Shown: piece after piece, positions 36,988-49,400 of the stretch
How the letters are laid out: each line of letters begins with the position of its first letter
How positions within the stretch are numbered: the first letter of the stretch is position 1
NCBI GenBank assembly: GCA_013115125.1
Contig: JABANN010000034.1
Span: 1 to 64,000 of the forward strand
DNA from: Perkinsus olseni
Taxonomy: Eukaryota
Direction of reading: 5' to 3'
Length of the DNA: 64,000 bases
Program-made: the position numbers and the translations under genes
Notes under the pieces: model-generated
Database searches by the model: none
The model's input: only the letters and a program-made list of their open reading frames with translations
Told to the model about the DNA's origin: nothing

Positions 36988-37998
36988 ATGGTACCAATCG
37001 TTTTGCAGATCCTAAGTGCCGTGGCCATGGTTGGTGCCGTGACCAGCAGCAGCTCGAGCTCTTCCTCCGATCCCACTACTACGGCTCGTTCTGCCGGCGG
37101 ACATACTGCTTCAACGACAACTACAGCTGCCCATGCCCCTGGTCCGACTGGCGTCATGATCAACGTGACCTGTAATGTGTACGGTGCCTTTATTCCAGTC
37201 CTTCATGTGGCGGTCCCGAGCATCGCTGTCGTCAATCTCCCGTGGTCGTGCCCTGGACTCGACCACCGGAAGACCATCTCTGGTACCGGGACTATCGGTG
37301 ACCTAGAACCTGCGATGTTTGTCGACAGGAAGCTCCCATCAGCAAGGCTGTCACCGAATAAGGTTGCAGTCACCGGTAAAATGAGAGCCTATCAGAACTT
37401 CGTCGGCAAACGCACGGTTGGCTTCTACATGGACCAGGACAATATAAGGTACAAGGTTCTTATGACCTTCGACATTAATAAGAATCTCTCCGCCGGTAAC
37501 CTGACCCTTTTCGGGCCAGAAAGAGATATCTTCCGCGTACGTCGTGGCGAGGACGTCACTGTGAACCTCACTGTAGAGGGCAGCGGCAACAACAGCTACC
37601 CGTCTCTGGTCTGCTTCGTATCCTCGGTAACCGAAAATGGGAAAACCACCGTCAACCGAGATCTTGGTAATTGCAGTGATCTCGTAGACTTCAACGGCGT
37701 GAACAGTGAGAACTACGACAGGATGCAAGTCAACGTCACTTTCAAGGCCAAGAAGGACACCGCCATGGAAGCCGCCCACCTCTGCTTTGCCGCTGGTGAC
37801 AGGAACTGGGTGTCCCGCCTGGACTACAACATGGGAAACGGCACCTACCACGGTAACGTCCGCAAGGGGGTTCAATGCCTCAACTACATAGTCGAGGCTG
37901 CTGCCCCAACAGCGGCTCCGGCGAGTTTTTCAGCTCCCGCATACGGTTTCATTAACGCCTTGGTATTCGGGGCGATTCTCACTATGCTGAGTCAGTAG
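36988..37998 (+). CDS. Intronless secreted, probably GPI-anchored surface glycoprotein (copy 1, 336 aa)
   Basis: Signal peptide, Ser/Thr-rich stretch, 6 Cys, many N-x-S/T sequons, and a hydrophobic C-terminus YGFINALVFGAILTMLSQ with no cytosolic tail. Confidence 0.88.
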   Translation: MVPIVLQILSAVAMVGAVTSSSSSSSSDPTTTARSAGGHTASTTTTAAHAPGPTGVMINVTCNVYGAFIPVLHVAVPSIAVVNLPWSCPGLDHRKTISGTGTIGDLEPAMFVDRKLPSARLSPNKVAVTGKMRAYQNFVGKRTVGFYMDQDNIRYKVLMTFDINKNLSAGNLTLFGPERDIFRVRRGEDVTVNLTVEGSGNNSYPSLVCFVSSVTENGKTTVNRDLGNCSDLVDFNGVNSENYDRMQVNVTFKAKKDTAMEAAHLCFAAGDRNWVSRLDYNMGNGTYHGNVRKGVQCLNYIVEAAAPTAAPASFSAPAYGFINALVFGAILTMLSQ

Positions 37999-38208
37999 GC
38001 AATACCTAGCATCATTATCGATTTCGGAACTCGGCGAGCAGGGCTACGCTGAACAATTCAGCTCTTGTTTTGCCTGATGAGCTCCTTATTGATAGCTGCT
38101 TCAATATTTTTATCATCATCTGTTTTACCGTAGTCTCCCGGGGAAAGGGGACCTTGAGAGGAAAGATTCTCATATGTCTCATATGATATGAGTGCTCATT
38201 GTGTTCAA

Positions 38209-38366
38209 CTGAGCATACCTCTGACTGAGGGTAACGCGATGTGACGAGATGGGGATCCCATATCACTGCCGGGTCCTCGGCCAATCAGGCAAGACGTTAG
38301 AGAAATCAGACATCACTGCAGCTGCGGCGATCGTGAGTAAGAGTGGAGACAAGGCCAAGAAATGCC
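38209..38366 (-). pseudogene. Duplicated, decayed copy of exon 1 of the 23777-35465 gene
   Basis: PAVIWDPHLVTSRYPQSEVCSV versus PAVTWDFHLVTSCYPQSEICSV at 35315-35465. It contains an indel and the start ATG is lost. Confidence 0.85.
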
Positions 38367-38903
38367 AGCCAGCCTTGAATATCCCAGCGGTGTGCGTGGA
38401 TCTTGCCATTAGAGTACGCCTAAATAGCGTTCATCGACACACTCGTACTCAGCCATGTGAGATTGACAAAGTCTCAGTTTTCTGTAGAAGGGACCGCGTT
38501 CGCGATGTGAAAAGGATCAACCGCGCGCCACGAGCATGAACTCATGCAGCCAAACTAGAGCATGGTCGGTAATCTCTCTTCTGTATCATTGCCATTCTAC
38601 TCCGTCATCTCCCAGGCCGAGGCGAAGTGGTTGAACACGATGGGTGGCACGGGTTGGCCTCTCGAAACCGTGCCTAGCGTTTATCCGGCTGCCGAAACTG
38701 GCCTGCGTGACGCGCCCTACTCCAGTCTCCAGTGGCGGTGACACCGATGGAGACGCGACACCGTCCACCGAGACGGTGAGCCGTGGGAGACGGACGGGAC
38801 TGCTGGGCTGCATCGTAAAGCTCGGCGCTGCGCCTCGGAAGACTAAATATTCAACTAGCTTACTCTCGTCTCATCCAGCTCGCAGTTTCTTATTCCGTCT
38901 TCA

Positions 38904-38968
38904 ATGGTCCGTATCGCGCTTCAAAGCCTTTCTGCCGTGATCATGGTTAACGCCTTGACCAACACCAC

Positions 38969-38999
<31 letters not shown>

Positions 39000-39962
39000 T
39001 CAAGCCCTTCGACAGCTCCCACTACTACGGCTCCTTCTACTGGCGGACCGACTTTACCTTACCATACGCTCGCACCAGCTGGCATGATGAACAATGTGAC
39101 CTGTACAGTAAACGGCGACACCCTCCCCGTTGTCCGTGTGACGGTCCCTAACACCGCTGCCCTCAACCTCACGTGGTCGTGCCCTGGGTTCAACCCTCGG
39201 GCCATTTCTGGTTCCGGTGTTATCGGGAACATAGACACTGCGATGTTCGTCGACAGGAAGCTTCCTTCCTCGCGTCTGTCAGCCAATAAGATCACAGTGA
39301 CCGGAGAAATGAGAGCCTATCAGAACTTCGTCGGCAACCACACGGTTGGCTTCTACCTGGACCAGAACACCACAAGGTACAAGGCTTTCATGGACTTCAT
39401 CATAGAGGAGAATCCCTCCGCCGGTAACCTGACTCTCTTCGGGCCAGAGAGCGATATCTTCCGCGTACGTCGTGGCGAGGCCGTCACTGTGAACCTCACT
39501 GTAAAGGGCAGCGGCAACAAAAGCTACCCGTCTCTGGTCTGCTTCGTATCCTCGGTAACCGAAGACGGGAAGACCACCGTCAACCGAGATCTTGGTACTT
39601 GCAGTGATCTCGTGGACTTTAACGGCGTGAACAGTGAGAACTACGACAGGATGCAGGTCAACGTCACCTTCAAGGCCAAGAAGGACACCGCCATGGAAGC
39701 CGCCCACCTCTGCTTCGCCGCTGGTGACAAGAACTGGGTGTCCCCCCTGGACTACAACATGGGCAACGGAACCTACCACGGTAACGTCCTCAAGGGGGTC
39801 CAATGCCTCAACTACATAGTTGAGGGCGCTGCTCCAACAACAGCTCCGACGTCGGCCCCGACGATCGGCCCTACGGCAAAGCCTGTGAGTTACTCGCCCT
39901 CTGTATACGGTTTTGTCAATGCCCTGGTATTCGGGGTCATATTCACTCTGCTGGCCCAGTAG
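38904..39962 (+). CDS. Intronless secreted, probably GPI-anchored surface glycoprotein (copy 2, 352 aa)
   Basis: Paralog of 36988-37998. (AGC)9 poly-Ser at 38973-38999; hydrophobic C-terminus YGFVNALVFGVIFTLLAQ. Confidence 0.88.
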
Positions 39963-40441
39963 GCCTTTTTTACACCACTATCGAATCAGAGGCTCATTAA
40001 ACCGGGCCACTATGAGGAAACAGCACGCTTATTCAATCCGATGAGCCCCTTTTCGATAACTGCTTTCAAGTTTTACCATCTCCTTCAGGGAAAGGAGATA
40101 TTTGGAGGGAAAGATGCTGATACGAGTGTCTTGTGTTGTCTGAGTTCGTAAATTATCGAGGGCACTTTTTTCCCGTGAGCGTTTTCCCTCGACAGCCGCG
40201 TTCTACAAAGTCTAACAAACCCCTCTGAAATTTCAAGGCAGTGTACTGTACTTGGCCCATGATCTCGGTGAAGGGCTTCACAGAAGTCTGTACATGACTG
40301 AAGTCCCTGTTATGACGCTCAGGCAACCAGAAGACAACCGAGGCCTTCACAAGATGTCATAGTACTGAGGAACTCGACAATCGCCAATATTGAGTCAACA
40401 TTACGACGCCTCTTCCACACAATGTCATGGCACGCTGAACA

Positions 40442-43400
40442 CTACTCGGTAGCACACAACAGACACACCCCACGGAGCTTCCAGTGGCTCGGGTGCACAT
40501 CAGTCTTTAGATTCAATCGGAAGAGCAAATACCGATCGTTACGCTTGGGATACTTGTATACTGCGCAGTCGTACGGCCCGTATGGCCCATACTCGGCACC
40601 ACGACCCTTCTTATCCTTCATCGTCACAGCAGTCACGTAGATCACTGGCATGGTCGTGAACAGCTTCTTGGGTTCCGATTCGTCCAACCGTCCATCTTGT
40701 CGGTTCCACCGTGCGCCTTCTATGAACAACCCATAGATATTCTGACCCTCATCGGGAACGTCCTTAACCCGTTCCAGATCGTAGGAGAGCACCTCCGTAT
40801 GAGTGACGACATCATCCAGCGCCCATTGGTCTTTCTTGTGCTGTCGGGTAACCTCCTGCCGCATGCCAGTGAGGAACCCTTGCGCGTTGAGGAAGCCCGT
40901 GAGCCAATAGCCCTTCATAGTTCCTCTACCATTCTCCAGCCAAGTGCCCAACTGGTTGACTCTGTCTAATAAGCCTGTGAACCATGCGCCCAGCGTAGGC
41001 ATGAGCCAGCTTATTTCGGCTCCGGACGGGTCATGAGTCCATCTTCTCGGCAGACGCGCATCGAAGATCATATTCAAGTCTTCGAGCAGATCCGGTGTCA
41101 TAACAACAGTACCCTCGATGGCCATGACCAGTGACTGCAGGTTGTTCCTCACTATGCCTATCACACGCTGAATCCTTTGGAGCTCCTGGAAGAGGAAGAT
41201 GTTCAGGGGAGCTGCAAACCCCTTATCAGGCGTATTCGGCGGTCCCTTCAGCTTAGCAATCTGGGATCTGAAGATCTCCTCGACAAAATCAGGAGGGACC
41301 TTCGACAGCACTTCATTGGCCTTGTCCTTCACGATCTCATCGCGGCTCTTGCCGGATCCACCTCCGCCCTCCTTCGGCAGAGTCTCCTGAATCGTGGTGA
41401 GCATCATCGACGCTTCTAGCTGCCTATAAGTCAAATCCGCGTTAGTATGCAAGCCGAAGATGAGCGGCGAGTCGACCGCTGGGACCTGCTCAATGTGGTC
41501 GCGGTACTGCTGGATCTCGAGGCCATCGGGGACGGTGTACTCATGATCACTGGGGTAGTTGTTGAACGCAAATGCCTTCTGGAAGACCTCATCGCAGAAC
41601 CACTTAGCGGCATACGTATTGAAGAGCTCTCTATCGAGGTCATCGGTAATTCTTCCACCGTACTGCACCTCAGCCACCATATACTGAGTAGTAGTCCAGC
41701 TCAGAGGCTGCCCCACGCTAACTGTGGTAGAGAGATGCTTCTCGAGGAACAGCAGACTAGCCTCCAGATCCGAGTTGTTGAACTCGTAGGGCACGCACCA
41801 GCCAATCGGACCGAACTTCCTTCTCTCCTGCACAATGGAGTGCATGAACGACATCACGTAGACCAGGCAGCGCCACTTCTCGTGATCGATTTTGTCTAGA
41901 AGCTCCTGTGAGACCATGGTTGTGTACGTACGAGACAGGCCGGCCTGCAGTCCCATCGGCGGCTCAAGAGTGACTTTGATCGCCAACTGCAGCAGACCGA
42001 TGGGGAACAGATTCGTGATTTCACACGTGATCCACAGCCGGAAATCTTCAGAAATCTCTGGCGTGCGAGTGAGGATATCTTCCATTCGATTCATGAATCC
42101 TAGACCCAGATGACAGTTCTGCAAGATGACCCAGGTCCCGGCGAGGAAGCCATTCTTCATCTTCTCCCAGGCAATGACCTCCTGCCCTTCACCCATCGAC
42201 ACCTTGTCTGTCGGGAACTTCTTTTTCTTCTTAGCAATGTCATCAATCATGGACGTCGGATCGCTTCCAGCGCTCAATAGGTACAAGACGGGTTTGCGGC
42301 TCTCAGACTCCGAGTAGATAGAGTCGATGCTGTCCGTGACGGGGGCCGTGTATTTCGGATCAAGCTGCTTGTTGATGAACTGTGCCGCAGCGATTGTCGT
42401 CCTGTCTTCTCTGATACACCTTACCAAGCACATCCGCAGGAAGAAGCCGACGTTTCTCTCCATGTTGATGCGCTCCTCGTAGTCAGGCACGGGACACCGT
42501 TCGGGCTCGTTCTCATCATACCACTTCCTCCAGGCCGCTTCGTTGCGACTGATGAACTCCGGCAATTCACGGAAGAACAGCAGCTGCTCATTGCCGAAGG
42601 TGTGCCGAGAAAGCTGCAGCACGTTCAGCCAGACCTTATCGACCATCCAACGGTTCGGGTTCGGCCTCTCGGACTTGACGTCCAGATCCGAACCACCCTT
42701 CAGGAAGAGTCCGACGTCGCCTTGATTAAGCTGACCAGCGACCACCATGATCTTCATGGTCACCATGAGCTTGAACATCATCTTATCGCGCTCGAACAGG
42801 CCTCTGTTCATGTACCGGTATATCTGGTAGGTGAGGAAGTCTATGATTTTGTCAACACGCTTGCTCGTTGGTTGGCACTTCTCCGAATTCTTCACCGAGA
42901 TGTCGAACTGCTCTAAGAACTGGATCAGGGAGCAGTTGTACATCCAGCCAGTGGGCTGCAAGGTGATGGGGTTGGACACCAGCGTCATGTCCGTCACACA
43001 GAAGTACATCACAGAACCACGCGTAGCCACGGGCCTGTACTGCTCTCGCTTCTGGTTGATTTCAATCTGGAAAACATCACAAGTCGATGTGCTTCCATCG
43101 ATAGGTTCCCAGGCGGCCCACCTTCTTCTCCTCAGCATCCATGAGCTTCTGTTCCACTTCCTTGGCTTTCGCCTTAGTGTTCGCTAGCACTTCGATAAGT
43201 TCAATGTCATCCAGAAGGTTGCCACTTGAATTCGACAGACGATCAAGCAGCTGCTTGTCCAACAGCTGCAGGGACTTCGTATTGTTAGTCACCTAAGAAA
43301 AAGAGATTTGCGCTGAGCAGCTCGGTCCATAGACTCCCTTCACCTCTTCCATCAGGGCCGCTAGACTGTCCTCCAGACTCTTCTGTTCCATGCCCAGCAC

Positions 43401-46400
43401 ACGACCGAGCAACTGCTGCTCCAAACCCTTTAGGGTGACCGTGAAGTCAATGACTGTGCACTTGGCGGAGAGCTCAGGGGAGAAGTGTGGGTTGGGCAGA
43501 CGCGACGTCATGTAGAGGACGAAGGCTGGATTGTAGTCCATGTTCTGGTCAGACACGTTTATATACCTGACGGGGCAAAAAATGAGCCCGACCGTGGCTA
43601 CCACTCCAAACGGTGGCAATGGACAGCTACCAACGGGTACTCTATGATTCCGTAGCTTACAGATTTTTGCCCTTCTTCACGATAGCCTTCTCCAGAACAG
43701 GATCCAGGATTGGATCGATCTCCTCTTCAACATTCTCAAGTATCAAGCACAGCCCTTCTCCCATGGTGAACTCCAGCTGGTCCTTCAACCTCGGATTCGT
43801 CAGAGTGGACACGCACTGACCGGGCGCCTTGGCAACTCGATCGTTCTCTCTGTTCTTAATCCACCTGCAGTACAAAACACTCAGCACAGTCGACAGCCAA
43901 CAGCCCACACGAAGCAACGCGAGCATACTGAGTCGAGCTCACAACAGCAGAGATATCAATATCACCTGAGGGCCTGGCCTTGGGGGTCAACCATGAGAGG
44001 GTAGCGACTGGACCGAGTGACCATGATACCGTTCTGTACGGAGAGGTCATCACTCGGCAGACCTTCTAGAGCCCACTCTCCAACCGTGCCTTGGTCAACG
44101 AGGAAACCGACGAGGTCCACCTTCTCAGAGGCTGGCACCTGCGAAAGATGACTTGTGATGATGGAGAGGGCCCAAGAATATGTCAGCAACGCTAAATACG
44201 AAATTCGCGCATGAGAAGAGCAGAACAGAAGGGAGAAGGAGTTCACATTATCACCAACCGCACTGTAAGTAGCAAACGATCAACCACGGGCACACCCCCG
44301 TCCTCACCTTCCTTCGATGTGTGTCGGCCAAGAAGTACTCGGCGTTCAGCTTGTCTCGGTACTCCGAGTTGAATGGACCGCAGAACGTGACGAAGGCACA
44401 TGCCAAGGCAACGTCCCCCACAAGCCTTCTGCGCCGATCTGCGAAGTTGTTGGCGTCCTCCGTCCAACGCTTCTTCTCTCCCGCGAGCCCGTTGATCAAC
44501 TTATTAGCCTGTCACAAAACGCGGCATGCCCGAGCATGAGAGCCACCACGGGGCTACTTGGTCCATCTTCCTCTTAGTAGCGTTGGCCTTATGTTCGAGC
44601 GCGTTCTTCCCATCCATAGCCTCTTGGAACTGCTGATTGAGGCCGTCCAGGACTGCCTGCGCTGCAGCTAACTCCGCCTCAGCGGCGCCAAGCTCAGTCA
44701 TCGCTGCTTCCAATTTCGCCGTTTGAACCTAGAGAGATATAGTAAGTCCAACTCCGACGAGCTGCGATCCACAAATCCAAAAGGCTTGTCCACGGACTGC
44801 CACGAACCACGAGTATTAAGCCCGATATTTGCATAGCGAACAGCATGAACTTAGTCAAGGCTATTCAAGTGCCAAGGACTCTCCTAGCTCTCCCAAGCAG
44901 TCGGCTGAGCTCACCTTGAGATAGTCCATCTTAGGTTTGACGATCTTCGCTGCTTCATGATACATAACCATCGCCCCCACCCACTTGCACAGGCCCTCAG
45001 CCGCCCCTACAGGAAAGCAAGTAAGACCACATTACTTCGGCGTCCGTGAAGACCTCACCCGAAGCCTTCTTCGCTACAGCGGGGTTGAAATTCTCCAACT
45101 CCAAGTACGGCTGCAACAGCTCGCACGTCTCATCGTTGATGTTGTCCTTCTCGTTGGCGGAGAAGTCGAGCAGGTCCGGTAGGAAGCGGATATCAGAGAG
45201 AACTGACTTGGCGATCTCATCGTAGGAGTCGTGGATGAAGTCGATCTTGATCTTGTTCAGCGTCTGAGAAGCCAAGTTACACACAGGACTTCCACCGCCA
45301 TAATTGTTTTCCGGGAACCTACCTTCTCTTCCGCTTTTATGTCAACGACACGTTTCTGTTGCAGAATCAGGAGACCATCGAAGACCAAACGGATGATATC
45401 GCTGGGTGTCTTCAACGTCTTGAGCTCTGTGATGTCCTTGGAGGAGATCGATCGAGCAGCTGTCTCGGCCTCGTGAAGGAAGGGCAAGGCCGCTTGTAAG
45501 TCCTTATTGGCAGCCTCCTGCTCACCTGAGTGTTCGAAAAAACTTGCCCAAAAGCCACCGCAACTTGACAGAACATTCAAAGGTATTGATCATGATTGTC
45601 AGTAGTAGTATTACTTTCGATGATGGCCTTAGACTTTAGGCAATCGTCCTTCTTCGCTCCAACTTCGGCCGCCTTGGCCTCAGCCTTCACCGTCTCGCTC
45701 TGGACCTTCACCAGCAGCTTGTTAGTTTCTTCCTCGGCGACCTGATGGCATCAACGACCACATGAATGCATCTCAGAACCCGAATTCCGGTGGAACTGGT
45801 CAACAGTTCAAGTACAGGCGACACAACCCGCCCCCATGGGAAGGGCGTCAAGGTCAGGAATATATTCCGAGGTCCTTCATCGTAACTGAAACGCCACCCC
45901 GATGAGGCTCACCTTCAGATTCTTCTCCTCTTCTCTCAAAGCAACCTTCATAGTCTCTACATCTTCCGCCGCTTCATTAAGCTTCTTCAGACCTGAAGGA
46001 AGCCATGAGACCACCACCTACTCATCCCATCGACCTTTCGCTGATTACCAGTATTCACGCTCTTCTCCAATATATTGACCTCGTCGTACTTCACCTTGTA
46101 CAACTGCTTGTAGAAGTCGATCAAACACAGGTAGCTCTTCGGTGTAACATAGACGTGCCGTCGCATGCTCTGGAAGTAGAGGTCGCAGACTTGACCAACG
46201 AGGTTCTGAAAACGGAAGATACGAGCGCATCACCGGCTACAGTGAGTCACCTGATAGCTGCCAAGAAGCTGATAGAGAGCCTCCTTCCTGTCCGGTGGAG
46301 TGTCTATATCGTAGCTCCCGAGGAAGGTAGAACTCACGGCCACCAGGGCTTCCTCCGGCCACGGCAAGAACCAGTTGATGTTGACAGCTGAGAACACCGC

Positions 46401-49400
46401 TGGGAACTTCTGGGCTCTGATAGGGAACTTGGCGTTCACCGGCGAGAAGCAGAGCACGATATGCAGGTTGTCTCGAAGACGGTCTAGGAAGTAGCCGTAC
46501 AGGTTGATCATGTTCTCATCGGCACCCGGTCGTTCCTTCACGAAGTCGTTGCGGACATCAGCACACATACTGTCTCTCTCGTCCTTCTGGAAGAGTCCTG
46601 CGATTTCACCAGTCGCCAGAATGCTGTTCATGTACTCCAAGAAGCCCTCATTCTTGATCTCTGCGTCGGTGAAGAGGAACGTCACCGGATTGCCCTTCTG
46701 ACCGGCGTCCTGATACAGGCCTCGGAGGTCGTCGAACAGAGCATTATCATTGTAGTTCTTGGTGAGAGCAATCTGGAAGCACTTCTGGTTGCACGTAAAA
46801 CTGCTGAGTCTGGTCAGGGACTGCTTGCCACTGCCTCCGACGCCGACAAGCATGGCGCTACCACGCTTCTGCTGTATCGTCCGAACTATCCTCATCATAT
46901 GGCACATGGCGTCGTCGAACAGGACAAGGTTCATGGACTTAGCTGGGAAGGCATCGTTAAACTTTTTAAGATACTCGTAGGCCTTCGACCGCACTCTATC
47001 GAAGTTCGCGCCGATGGGCTCGTAAACCTTCGGAGCCTCTAACTCTTCCTCCTCACTTTCCGGCGCCTGAGAAATTTCCAGTAAAGAAAAAAAATTCAAG
47101 GACTCAGATTGAAGAAAAATACGCGGAGATACATAATTGCCTGTGCCTAACAGCGGCCATAGCGGCGGTCCATACGGCGCGCTTAGAGAACAGCGGCTAG
47201 CGGGAGCATCCAACCCGAGCTTACATCCCTCAAGAAATCAGCCCACCACGTAGTGACAGCGTGATCAGCGGCAAGCTTCTCTCCAAAGTGTTGAAGGGTG
47301 AAGTCGTTGATGACCTTATCCACGAACTCCTTATCCACAGTCCTCGCCAACTTGTCAGCGAACACTCTCGTGCATTCGTGTTTCCACAGGCACACTAGGA
47401 CGCTCTCGTCCGTGATAACTTCCAGAGGGGTATCCATAACGCCCTGGAAGACACGAGAGAGCTCGCGCATGTTGAAGACGTAGTGGAACCTCTGTGGCGT
47501 AGGGAGAAGGGACCGTTTGATCTTGTCCCAGACATCGATGGTCGCAACAGTAAGCTTCTTAGTCATCGCAACAACCCTGTCTGGGGCTCCTGATTTGCTA
47601 TTGAATCGGGCCCTCAAGATACTGCCGTAAATGTTGTCAACACTGACCACGCTCGGCAGGACCATGTTGAAGGCGAAGAATTTGCTCTTGGTTCGGTTGG
47701 GTATGTCGTTCCTTCCGCCTCCAGGATGGCCCATGGCCCCGATGTAACTGAGCTTCTCGATGGTTTTGAAGTCACCACGCTTATCCTTGTCCAGGAAGTA
47801 GAAGCCACCCATGTCAACAAGCTGTCTGGTCAGTTCCAGAGTGACCTGATCACCCCATTGGTTCACCAGAGGCATACTCATATCGTCCAAGAAGATCGTC
47901 ATGGGCTTCCCTCCAGGGGGACAGAACGTCTTGCCGGTTTTCCTCTCGACCTCGGCCTCAACGGTCCGCTGGAAACCTTCTGGCGTTGTGGCGCTACTGA
48001 AGTTGATTCTCTTGGAGAGGCGCTCGTCCAGCGAGAATCCCTGGACATACATCATCGCCGTACTAGTCTTAGCAGTGCCGCTGGCCCCGACCATCAGAGC
48101 GCTTTGGAAGTTGGGAGGCGCACGGCTCCGATCGAGGCTCGAAATAACATCAATCATGAACTCCGCCCGGCACGAGTCGAGCGTGGGAATCAGCAACGAG
48201 CTGAAGTTGAGCTTCTTCGGCGGTTTCCAGACTTCAGGCTTCCACAGCAGCCACTGGTAAGACTTGGAGGGGTCGTCTCGACTTGGTACGAACTCGAACA
48301 CTGTCTGGCCTTCTTCCAGGGGCGGCAGTGCGTCACCATCGCCGCAAGCAGACTGGATCTGACAGAAAGAAATGGTATCGAAGACACAAGGAACCAGGAG
48401 TGGTCAAACGAAAGATTGGCTTTACTGTCTTACCGAGTGTAGCTTCTCATGGAACTGCTTCCTCCCCTCAGTCTCCAGTAAGCCTCCGAAAGCCCAAGCC
48501 ACCGAGTACGAAACAATGCGCTTGTAGGCCTCCGGGGTGAGCACCTCATTGGCCGCTACATGGGGCGCCAGAATAGCCGAGATCATGTTCAGCATATTCA
48601 CGATGACAATACTCTCATTGACGCTCATAACACAGGTCATGTTCCGCCGCCACCAGTCGAACAAGTCGGGCGTGGCAATCCAGTTCTGGATGAATCCACC
48701 AATGATCTCCTTCTCTTGCGCACGATGAGCACCGAGATCCAGCCGCTTGACCAGCCAGCTCTGCACCAGCGGGTCCCACCCGAGATCGCTAGCACTGACG
48801 TAGATGATACCCGCCCGTGACACCGTGGCCGGCGAGGCGTTGTTGAGGTTCTCTACTTCAAATACGATACGACAGTTGTCCGTCATGGGAATTCTGTCGT
48901 TGTTGGCGAGAGTGAGGATCTTGTTGTCGTCCAAAACCGTGTTCAAGTTCTCAATCCAAATAGCATCGACAGGGCCATCACACACAATCCAAGTAGTGTA
49001 CTTCAACGTGCGGTTGTTGTACTTAGCCCAGATCGACGCGAACACTCCGGGCGTCCACTCCTCGCTGACAGGGTCCTTGATACCGTACATTTGTGAATCT
49101 GTGATAGCCTTCGGGTTCATCACCACTATACGATGAGCGTTCTGGCAATAGTCGGTCATACAACCAGTGAGAGTGGTCATGATCTCAGTCTTGCCGCACA
49201 GGGTAGGACCGACAAGCATGAAGCCATGGCGCACCAAGCTGGTCTCATAGAGCTGGATAACCTTCAACTTCCAAGGGTCGAACGGCGTCAACTTCTTAGT
49301 CTTCACAACCTCATCAATGCCGTCCTCGATCTCCTTGTAGACCTTCTTGGGAGGGTCGGCCACCTTCGGGAACAGATCCTTAAGAAGTGCCAAGAATAGG

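Noticed and set aside
36880-38903. Spliced-leader relics upstream of the intronless genes
   Set aside because: No CCGTAGCCAT-like sequence was seen in the immediate upstream regions, so retroposition is not directly supported.
37351-39803. Two 174-aa minus-strand ORFs
   Set aside because: Antisense shadows of the GC3-rich glycoprotein genes.
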